The notes under the pieces were generated by a model. The model did no database searches, was not told the origin of the DNA, and saw only the letters and a list, made by a program, of their open reading frames with translations. A program made the translations under genes and the position numbers. Below are positions 53,865 to 61,706 of a DNA stretch of 64,000 nt, in pieces. Positions within the stretch are counted from its first letter, which is position 1; each line of letters starts with the position of its first letter. This DNA is from an uncultured Syntrophaceae bacterium (GTDB lineage Bacteria > Desulfobacterota > Syntrophia > Syntrophales > UBA2192): assembly GCA_964547985.1 (NCBI GenBank), contig CAZJPV010000005.1:7755-71754 (forward strand), written 5' to 3'.

Positions 53865-54113
53865 TTGCGACGACAACAATTCGAGGGCACATGCCGATGC
53901 GAGGATTGCGATTTGGAGATGGAATGGGGCAGCACGGACTGGTCGTTACTTGACGGCCATCTCCATTGCTCTTCCTGCACCATCAGAGACTTAGAAATGG
54001 ACCACTGTGAACACGGGAGAATTGTCGTAAAGTTTCGCACCCCGAAGCGGCCACAACGTGTGAACGAGAAAAGAGTCCGAGCTCGATCCGGTCTCAGCGC
54101 GATTCAGTCATAG
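53865..54113 (+). CDS. Small Cys/His-rich (zinc-ribbon-like) hypothetical protein
   Basis: CRCEDC...HCSSC...HCEH pattern. Its TAG stop directly abuts the ATG of the next gene, in the same frame. Confidence 0.35.
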   Translation: MRRQQFEGTCRCEDCDLEMEWGSTDWSLLDGHLHCSSCTIRDLEMDHCEHGRIVVKFRTPKRPQRVNEKRVRARSGLSAIQS

Positions 54114-56504
54114 ATGTCAAGGGAAGATAAAGAGCCGATGAGCTACAACATCAGCATTGATGAGATCAGGGAGCTCTCCAGGCGGCTTGCGCTGCGCAAG
54201 TCCCTGCTCGAGATCACCAATCGCCTTTATGCCGCCAGGGACATTTATGAAATCCACCTGGAACTGAAGAAATTCATCCTGCCTCTTCTCAATGCCCAGT
54301 CCGTCAGCCTCTATGCCGTCGACCCGACGCGTGGCGACCTGTACACCCTGACGGGTGAGGCGAACCAGCCCAGGGAGGTCAGGGTATCCATCAGCGGCAA
54401 TTCTGTTGCGGGATTTGTGGCCCAGAGCGGTAAACCCCTGAATGTTGCCTATGTCCAGGACAGCGGCGGCGCCTCGGGCATCCAGCAGCTGTTCTCACAA
54501 AAAGAAAGGACGCCCCAGGAGTCTCTTTCCAGAGCCGTCCAGGTGCTGGCTGTCCCGGTTTCTCATGAAAATACGCTGATGGGGGTCATCGAGGTCTCGA
54601 ACCGGAAGGATGAAGCAAGATTCAGCGATGATGAACAGGCCTTTCTGGAAGAAATCGCCGAGGTCCTGGGCATTGCCCTTTTCAACCAGTCCAAGGTCGT
54701 CAAGAAGAAAAAAGGCCGATTCGACTACCTCGTCAGGCAGAATCTCGTGCTGGAGTCGGATCTTGAAATCCTCCGGGCTGACGCGCGGAGGAATAGTGAA
54801 CCCATCGAAAACCTCCTGATGTCGAAATGCAAGATTTCCAAGGAGGATGTCGGAAGGTCCCTGGAGGACTTCTACGGCTGTGAGTACGTTCCCTTCAGGG
54901 ATTCCTACCCGGTCCCCGAGGAGCTCATGAAGCCCCTGAAGAGGGACTATCTCTTGCGTGAGATGTGGGTTCCCCTGGGAAGGTCGAACGGGGGCATCCT
55001 CGTTCTCGTTGATGATCCGCACAATATTCTCAAAAGGGACGCCATCCAGAACCTTCTCAAGGCAAAATCGATCGAATTCCGGGTCGGTCTCCAGGAAGAC
55101 ATTCATCAGTTCATCAATCACTTTTTCGCGAGGCCGGAAGGGAATGTCGTCTCCATCACGGACATCCTTGGACGCGTCGAGCCCGAGGAAGAGACGGAGG
55201 AAGAGGGCGAAGTCTCGGAATCCGACAGCGTCATCATGCAGCTGGTCAACAAGATCATCAACGAAGCGTACGTCCGGCGCGCGTCGGACATCCACCTGGA
55301 GCCCAACGCCAAGAAAAAGAACGTGGAGGTCCGTTTCAGGGTGGATGGGGATTGCACGATCTACCAGACGCTACCGTACGCGTACAGGGCCGCCCTGATC
55401 TCCAGGATCAAGATCATGTCAAACCTCGACATCACGGAGAGGCGGCTCCCCCAGGACGGGAAGATCCGTTTCAAACGCGGAAAAGGGGAGGAGATCGAGC
55501 TGCGCGTCGCCACGATGCCCACGCAGGGAAACCATGAAGACGTGGTCCTCCGCATCCTCACGAAAGGCAAAATCATGCGCCTGGAGGACATGGCCCTTTC
55601 TCCCTACAACTACGACAACCTCCTCGACATCCTTGAAAAACCCTACGGTCTCATCCTCGCCGTCGGCCCCACCGGTTCCGGGAAAACCACGACCCTCCAC
55701 GCGGCGCTCCACCAGATCAACCGGCAGAACATCAAGATCTGGACGATCGAGGATCCGGTGGAAATCACCCAGGAGGGCATCCGCCAGGTCCAGGTCAACC
55801 CGAAAATCGGTCTCGATTTTGCGCGGGCCATGCGCTCCTTCCTGAGGTCGGACCCCGATGTCATCATGGTCGGTGAGATGAGGGATTTCGAGACGGCCAA
55901 AATCGGTATCGAGGCCTCCCTCACGGGGCATCTCGTTCTCACCACCCTGCATACGAACAGCGCGCCGGAGACCGTGGTGAGGCTCCTGGACATGGGGATC
56001 GACCCCCTCAATTTTGCCGACTCCCTTCTGGGGATCCTCGCGCAGCGACTGGCCAAATGCCTCTGCAAGGAATGCCGCGAGCCCTATCATCCCTCCCAGG
56101 AGGAGTACGATACCATCGCCATGAATTACGGCGAAGAGCATTTTGCCAAACTCAGGATTCCTTATAACAAGGACTTCAGGCTCTACCGGGCCAAGGGATG
56201 CCCGGATTGCAATATGACGGGTTACAGGGGCAGAATCGCTCTCCACGAGCTTCTCATCAATTCGGATATCATCAAATCCCTGATCCAGCGGCAGGCGACG
56301 GTGGACGAGGTCCGGGAGACCGCCATCGAGGAGGGGATGAGTCTTCTGTTTCAGGACGGCATTCACAAGGTCCTTGACGGCCTCACGGATTTCGATCAGG
56401 TACGAAGAGTCTGCATCTCTTCGACCCGGAGTGTCAAGAAGAGGGAGCATCGAAAAAATACTGTCCAAAAGGAGGCAAAAAACTCAAGAAAAAAGGATGG
56501 ATAG
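54114..56504 (+). CDS. GspE/PilB-family secretion ATPase with an N-terminal GAF domain
   Basis: Walker A GPTGSGKTTT, Asp box, Walker B, His box and a tetracysteine motif (CKECREP...CPDC). The N-terminal 190 aa or so are GAF-like. Confidence 0.88.
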   Translation: MSREDKEPMSYNISIDEIRELSRRLALRKSLLEITNRLYAARDIYEIHLELKKFILPLLNAQSVSLYAVDPTRGDLYTLTGEANQPREVRVSISGNSVAGFVAQSGKPLNVAYVQDSGGASGIQQLFSQKERTPQESLSRAVQVLAVPVSHENTLMGVIEVSNRKDEARFSDDEQAFLEEIAEVLGIALFNQSKVVKKKKGRFDYLVRQNLVLESDLEILRADARRNSEPIENLLMSKCKISKEDVGRSLEDFYGCEYVPFRDSYPVPEELMKPLKRDYLLREMWVPLGRSNGGILVLVDDPHNILKRDAIQNLLKAKSIEFRVGLQEDIHQFINHFFARPEGNVVSITDILGRVEPEEETEEEGEVSESDSVIMQLVNKIINEAYVRRASDIHLEPNAKKKNVEVRFRVDGDCTIYQTLPYAYRAALISRIKIMSNLDITERRLPQDGKIRFKRGKGEEIELRVATMPTQGNHEDVVLRILTKGKIMRLEDMALSPYNYDNLLDILEKPYGLILAVGPTGSGKTTTLHAALHQINRQNIKIWTIEDPVEITQEGIRQVQVNPKIGLDFARAMRSFLRSDPDVIMVGEMRDFETAKIGIEASLTGHLVLTTLHTNSAPETVVRLLDMGIDPLNFADSLLGILAQRLAKCLCKECREPYHPSQEEYDTIAMNYGEEHFAKLRIPYNKDFRLYRAKGCPDCNMTGYRGRIALHELLINSDIIKSLIQRQATVDEVRETAIEEGMSLLFQDGIHKVLDGLTDFDQVRRVCISSTRSVKKREHRKNTVQKEAKNSRKKDG

Positions 56505-56543
56505 CCGATCATTCTATAAACCGGGGGAAAGGGGGTGAAAAAA

Positions 56544-57185
56544 ATGTCAGGCCAGCCCATCGGCGAGATCATGGTCCGGAAAAATATCATCACCGAGCAG
56601 CAGCTGGAAAAAGCCCTGGAGAGGCAGAAGAAAGAAAAGGGCAAATTTCTGGGTGAGATTCTCCTCGAGATGGGTATTCCGCAGGAACAGATCAACAAGG
56701 CCCTCTATTATTACAACAAGAGGACTCCCATCGGTCAGATCCTGGTGGACTTGAACGTCATCACGCCGGCACAACTCCAGGAAGCACTGGATAAACAGAA
56801 ATCGATGATCTCCATATTGCACAGTTACAAACCCCTGGGCATGCTGCTGGTGGATCTCGGCTTCGTCAATTACAGAACCTACCTCGATGTACTCTCCAAG
56901 CATTTCAACATGCCCATCGTGCACCTGAAGTATTTCAAGTTAAGAGAGGCCCTGCAGAAGACGATTGGAGAAGAATATGCCCTCAGGAATAAAATCATCG
57001 TCGTCCAGGATGACGGCCGGAGGATAGAGGTTGTTCTTTCAGAACCGTCTGTCTTGATCCAGGAAGAACTCCGCAAGTTCATGCCGGCGGGGAAGGAAAT
57101 CGTTTTCAAACTCGCCGATCCCCATGAGATCGTGCGGATCCTCCAATCGACCTATGATCCCTACTCCGTGACCGGCTACGCCTGA
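56544..57185 (+). CDS. Stand-alone protein built of MshEN/T2SSE_N-type repeats (candidate c-di-GMP receptor)
   Basis: Repeats PIGEIMVRKNIITEQQLEKALERQ, FLGEILLEMGIPQEQINKAL, PIGQILVDLNVITPAQLQEALDKQ and PLGMLLVDLGFVNYRTYLDVL. The C-terminal half is T2SSE_N-like. Confidence 0.7.
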   Translation: MSGQPIGEIMVRKNIITEQQLEKALERQKKEKGKFLGEILLEMGIPQEQINKALYYYNKRTPIGQILVDLNVITPAQLQEALDKQKSMISILHSYKPLGMLLVDLGFVNYRTYLDVLSKHFNMPIVHLKYFKLREALQKTIGEEYALRNKIIVVQDDGRRIEVVLSEPSVLIQEELRKFMPAGKEIVFKLADPHEIVRILQSTYDPYSVTGYA

Positions 57186-57400
57186 TTTTTGCACACACCC
57201 TCCGCATCTCGAAAGATCCCTGCCGGAAAGCTCAACAATCCACCCCCACCGTCGATGTTCAATGGACCCTCGAAGCCCCCAAAAGGCTTCAGCATGCATT
57301 GACGGCTCATTTTCATTATGTTATTCAAGATTTATTGATCCCTGTGGCTATGAAGGGGACCATCCATGTCTCCATGATTTTTTAAAGGAGGAACATTCAG

Positions 57401-57859
57401 ATGAAGAGGGTTCTTGTCTTTCTTGCTTTGACGGTCATCGTGGCTTTCGTTTTTTATTTTTTTGTATTTTCTGAAAGCCCGAAAGATTCGACCAGGACCG
57501 GGAAGGATTATGCCGGAAAGTCCTATCAGGGTGCTTCGAAAGATGCACCGGATATCGTCCGGAAGGCGGAAGAGCTGCAAAGGGATACCTACCAGAAGCG
57601 TATGGATGAGTCCCTGAAGGATTTCGAATCCAGGATCGAGCGCCTCAAGGCAGACACAAAAAAGGCCGGGCGAAAGACCAAGGAAAAAGTCGAAGACGCG
57701 CTGGACGAGCTGAGCCGGATGCTCGAGGACGCGAAGAAGAAACTTGCCGAGCTGAAGAAATCCACCGGTGAAGCCTGGGACAGTACGAAAGCCAAGATGG
57801 ATGCCTCGCTCGAGGCCCTGGAAAAGAAATACAGGGATGTCGTGTCCAAGAAAGGGTAG
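57401..57859 (+). CDS. Membrane-anchored coiled-coil protein, hypothetical
   Basis: N-terminal TM helix followed by charged heptad-like sequence. Confidence 0.6.
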   Translation: MKRVLVFLALTVIVAFVFYFFVFSESPKDSTRTGKDYAGKSYQGASKDAPDIVRKAEELQRDTYQKRMDESLKDFESRIERLKADTKKAGRKTKEKVEDALDELSRMLEDAKKKLAELKKSTGEAWDSTKAKMDASLEALEKKYRDVVSKKG

Positions 57860-57887
57860 GGAAGATTAAAGGTTACAGGGTGCGGGC

Positions 57888-59021
57888 GTGTTCGGGAAGC
57901 GGATTAAAATATTCAGTTTGCTGGGTTTTGAAGTTCGGGTGGACTTGAGCTGGGTCGTCCTGGCCGTCCTGATTACCTGGTCCCTTGCCAAGGGCGTTTT
58001 CCCGGATTACTTCGAGAATTTACCCCTACAGACATACTGGCTCATGGGCGCGGCGGGTGCCCTGGGGCTTTTTCTCTCCATCATCTTCCACGAACTTTCG
58101 CACTCCCTCGTGGCCCGAAGATTCGGGATCCCCATGAAGGGGATTACCCTCTTCATCTTCGGCGGTGTCGCCGAGATGAGCGAGGAAGCCCCTAACGCTA
58201 AAGCCGAATTCTGGATGGCCCTGGTCGGTCCCGCATCCAGTCTTCTCATGAGCGCGATGATCTTTGTGCTCTCGCGTTACGGTGAAGGCGCCGGGTGGCC
58301 CGTGCCGGCAGTCGGGGTGCTTTTTTACCTCGCCTGGATCAATGTCGCCCTTGCGGTCTTCAACATGATCCCCGCCTTTCCCCTGGACGGCGGACGCGTG
58401 TTGCGGGCCGTTCTCTGGGGACTCAAAAATAATCTTCAATGGGCCACGCGGGTCACCTCGAGACTCGGCTCGGGTTTCGGCATTTTTCTGATCGCCCTCG
58501 GTCTTTACTATATCATCCAGGGCCAGTTCATCGGCGGGATCTGGTGGTTCCTGATCGGCATGTTCGTGAGAAGCGCGGCCCAGATGTCCTACCAGCAGCT
58601 GCTCACCCGAAAGGCCCTGGAGGGGGAGAGGGTGAGGCGATTCATGGTGACGAATCCTGTCACGGTTCCCCCCACCATCTCATTGCACCAGCTCGTGGAT
58701 CATTACATCTACAAACATCATTTCAAGATGTATCCCATCGTGGAGGACGGCAGGCTCACCGGCTATGTCACGCTGCGGCAGCTGAAGGAGATACCCCACG
58801 ATCAATGGGAACGGGTCACGGTTCGAGAGGTTGCGCAGCCCTGCTCACCGGCAATGACCATCCCGCCCGATACCGATGCCCTGCAGGCCCTCTCCATCAT
58901 GAACCGAACGGGGAGCAGCAGACTGATGGTCGTGGAAGATGACCGGCTTGTCGGGATCATCGCTCTCAAGGATCTACTGCAGTTCCTGTCTCTGAAGCTG
59001 GCACTCGAAGGAACGGAATAG
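57888..59021 (+). CDS. Site-2 protease family (M50) metalloprotease with a tandem CBS pair
   Basis: HELSHSLVARRFG (HExxH), NMIPAFPLDGGRV and two C-terminal CBS domains. GTG start. Confidence 0.9.
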   Translation: MFGKRIKIFSLLGFEVRVDLSWVVLAVLITWSLAKGVFPDYFENLPLQTYWLMGAAGALGLFLSIIFHELSHSLVARRFGIPMKGITLFIFGGVAEMSEEAPNAKAEFWMALVGPASSLLMSAMIFVLSRYGEGAGWPVPAVGVLFYLAWINVALAVFNMIPAFPLDGGRVLRAVLWGLKNNLQWATRVTSRLGSGFGIFLIALGLYYIIQGQFIGGIWWFLIGMFVRSAAQMSYQQLLTRKALEGERVRRFMVTNPVTVPPTISLHQLVDHYIYKHHFKMYPIVEDGRLTGYVTLRQLKEIPHDQWERVTVREVAQPCSPAMTIPPDTDALQALSIMNRTGSSRLMVVEDDRLVGIIALKDLLQFLSLKLALEGTE

Positions 59022-59157
59022 TTCCGGCGCCGCTGCCCCCGCGGTGAGAGACGTGACCGCATGACAGCCCGACAAATGCCCGGGTAGGGAGAAAAGATTT
59101 TTCCCACACCCTCTATATAAACTTAAACATTGAACCCAAGCAAAAGGTGAAACCGTC

Positions 59158-59736
59158 ATGTCATACAGAATATACGCGGGACTGCTTTTGTTAATGCCGA
59201 TTCTGGCTCTGGCGGGATGCGCAGGAGGTAAACCAATGACGCTTGAAAACTACTACAGGGAACTGGCTGCCACGGACCCGGCGAAGGCGGCCCTCGTCAA
59301 GCCCGGATCCGCTGAGGAGAAGGCCGGCATCGAGGCCTTCAAGGAATACTACAAGGTCTTTGCCGAGGATGTCATCCGGCGCGATACAAAGAAGGTCTAC
59401 GCCCGGGATGCCTTCTTCAAGGACGGCTACAAGGAGGTGAAAGGCGTCGATGCCATCGAGAGCTATTTCGTCGCCACGACGAAGGCCGTTCACGAGTGCA
59501 CCTTCGACATCACCGACGTGAGCGTCCACGAGGGGAACTATTACTTCCGGTGGGTTATGAAACTCACTCTCAAGCGCGACAAGAACAACCCGATCGAGCA
59601 GATCGGCATGTCGCACGTCCGCTTCGCGCCCGACGGGAAGGTGGTCTTCCACACCGATTACTGGGACACGAGTGTGGTCTTCGAGCGCGTGCCCGTGATG
59701 GGAACTATCATCCGGTGGGTCAAAGAGCGGTTTTAG
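59158..59736 (+). CDS. NTF2/SnoaL-like lipoprotein
   Basis: Lipobox LALAGC. Its size and pattern (YYFRWVMKL...) are consistent with the NTF2-like fold. Confidence 0.6.
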   Translation: MSYRIYAGLLLLMPILALAGCAGGKPMTLENYYRELAATDPAKAALVKPGSAEEKAGIEAFKEYYKVFAEDVIRRDTKKVYARDAFFKDGYKEVKGVDAIESYFVATTKAVHECTFDITDVSVHEGNYYFRWVMKLTLKRDKNNPIEQIGMSHVRFAPDGKVVFHTDYWDTSVVFERVPVMGTIIRWVKERF

Positions 59737-59742
59737 TTTTTT

Positions 59743-60213
59743 CTATTTTTTCCCTTTTTTCGTCGGCTCTTCGGTTGGGGGCGAGAAGATGTCGAAAACC
59801 GATTTGTAGGCCGGGAGGTCGGACATGGCCATTTTGGCCGTCCCGGTAAGATTCATCCCGACATCCAGCCACTTGCTGAACTGGCTGTCCACGGACGTTT
59901 TGTAGGAGAGATAGTTCCGGATGATCTGCTGCAGGTACTTTTCGAAAAACTCGTTGAGAACGGTGTCCCCGTATTGTATGATGAGATGAAGGAGAGGCAC
60001 GGGTAAAAGGATGTTCTTGCTCTTCGCCTCCTCGAGGACGACCTGTGTCAGGATGTACGCGGTCACGTCCTCCTGTGTTTTCGCATCTTCCACCTTCACC
60101 TGACGACCTTCCCTGATCAGATCGGCGACCTGGCCGAGCGTGATGTAGGCGTTCTTTTCCGTGTCATAGAGACGCCTGTTTGCGTATTTCTTGAGAAGAA
60201 TTCTTTCTGGCAT
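59743..60213 (-). CDS. phaR: PHA synthesis repressor PhaR
   Basis: ILLKKYANRRLYDTEKNAYITLGQVADLIREG is the PhaR DNA-binding signature. Confidence 0.9.
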   Translation of the reverse strand: MPERILLKKYANRRLYDTEKNAYITLGQVADLIREGRQVKVEDAKTQEDVTAYILTQVVLEEAKSKNILLPVPLLHLIIQYGDTVLNEFFEKYLQQIIRNYLSYKTSVDSQFSKWLDVGMNLTGTAKMAMSDLPAYKSVFDIFSPPTEEPTKKGKK

Positions 60214-60380
60214 GGCTTCACTCCCCCGGTCGAATGGCTGGGTCTGCTGACACAGCGCAATATTTTTGAAGAAAATATTTTTTGTTAATTTTTTGTATGG
60301 TCAATATTATCGTATATTACTCTAAAATATTAAATACTTAATTAATTACCAGTACAAGCACAGTGTAGCACATCTATATA

Positions 60381-60427
60381 TTGCATTGCAACATTTTTCT
60401 TGACAACGGGGGAAAAAGCCTTATAAT
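60381..60427 (+). promoter_or_regulatory. Near-consensus sigma70 promoter (TTGACA 60400-60405, 16-nt spacer, TATAAT 60422-60427) preceded by palindrome TTGCATTGCAA (60381-60391)
   Basis: Read directly from the sequence. It lies about 50 nt upstream of the first phasin-like gene and its AGGAGG RBS. Confidence 0.7.
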
Positions 60428-60477
60428 ACCTCCCAGAGACACACCAAAAACATTCAATCAATAGGAGGTAAAGTAAC

Positions 60478-60750
60478 ATGGAACACACCAAGATTGCAAA
60501 GCAAACGATGGATTTTTACAAGACAACCTTTGACAACACCTACGGCACGCTGATGGCGCTCCAGGTGCAGACGCAGCAGTTAATCTCCACGCAGATGGAG
60601 CAGACGGCCGGTCTGCCTGCCGAAGGGAAACAGATCGTTAACGAGTGGATGAAATCCTACCGAAGGGGCTGCGAGGATTTCAAGAAGGTCGTGGATGACG
60701 GGTTCGCAAAGTTTGAGTCCTATTTCGGCGCGGCCGAGAAGAATGCCTAG
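60478..60750 (+). CDS. Phasin-like small helical protein, paralog 1
   Basis: 90 aa, alignable with the next ORF (TFDNTYGTLMALQVQ / AFDNAFNVMLALQVQ; GCEDFKKVVDDGF / GCADFKKNVDESF). Divergent from phaR. Confidence 0.7.
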   Translation: MEHTKIAKQTMDFYKTTFDNTYGTLMALQVQTQQLISTQMEQTAGLPAEGKQIVNEWMKSYRRGCEDFKKVVDDGFAKFESYFGAAEKNA

Positions 60751-60805
60751 GCGAATCTTTTAAAACCCTTTCGAGGGGATTTTTGCCAGAAGGAGGTGAA
60801 AGGGT

Positions 60806-61060
60806 ATGCTTCAGAAGGAGATACTCACACAGATGATTACGTTCAACAAGACAGCCTTCGATAACGCCTTCAACGTCATGCTGGCGCTCCAGGTGCAGAT
60901 GGAAAAAACCTTCAGGATGTACATGGAGCAGGTACCGGGATTCCCCGTGGAGGGCAGAAAGGTGCTCGAGGAGTGGATCACCGTCTATAAAAAAGGCTGT
61001 GCGGATTTCAAGAAAAACGTTGACGAAAGCTTCAAAAAAGTAGAAACATTCATTCAATAG
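60806..61060 (+). CDS. Phasin-like small helical protein, paralog 2
   Basis: See paralog 1. GGAGG precedes the ATG. Confidence 0.7.
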   Translation: MLQKEILTQMITFNKTAFDNAFNVMLALQVQMEKTFRMYMEQVPGFPVEGRKVLEEWITVYKKGCADFKKNVDESFKKVETFIQ

Positions 61061-61270
61061 ACAACGGTCTTCACAGGGTTGCGCTCCGCGGTAGGCGTTT
61101 CGTAATTCGATCCACCTCCAGCGAGAGCCACCTGTGAAAGACTGTTTTTCGGCAAATCAGCTAAATACCCGCGAAAGTACCGAAAACCACACGGAAGGTG
61201 CGTGACTGAAAAAGTCCGCGCTCCTTCATTATTCCCCTCAACGAGAAAACTTTATTGTAAGGAGTTCGCC

Positions 61271-61699
61271 ATGATCGGAAAGACCATCAGCGAAATCAAA
61301 GTCGGAGATGCGGCCGAGTTCACGAAGACGATATCCGAGGCGGATGTCTATCTGTACGCCGGCGTCACCGGTGATCTCAACCCCGCCCATGTCAACGAGG
61401 ATTACGCGAAAAAGACCTTCTTCAAGACGAGGATCGCTCACGGCATGCTGACAGCGGGTTTCATCTCCGCTATTTTCGGAACCCAGCTCCCGGGTCCGGG
61501 GACCATCTACATCCGGCAGGAGCTGAGTTTCATGGCGCCGGTCTTCTTTGGCGACACGATCACCGCACGCGCGGAAGTGGTCGAGGTGAACACGGAAAAG
61601 AACCGGCTTCGAATCAAGACGACCTGCCGAAATCAGGAGGGAATAATCGTCCTGGACGGCGAGGCCCTCGTGAGCCCCCCGAAAGCGGCAAAAGCGTAA
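61271..61699 (+). CDS. phaJ: MaoC-like (R)-specific enoyl-CoA hydratase
   Basis: YAGVTGDLNPAHVNEDYAKKT...IAHGML hydratase-2 motif. The PHA-locus context supports the phaJ assignment. ATG 61271 is preferred over the upstream GTG. Confidence 0.8.
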   Translation: MIGKTISEIKVGDAAEFTKTISEADVYLYAGVTGDLNPAHVNEDYAKKTFFKTRIAHGMLTAGFISAIFGTQLPGPGTIYIRQELSFMAPVFFGDTITARAEVVEVNTEKNRLRIKTTCRNQEGIIVLDGEALVSPPKAAKA

Positions 61700-61706
61700 T
61701 TTAAAA

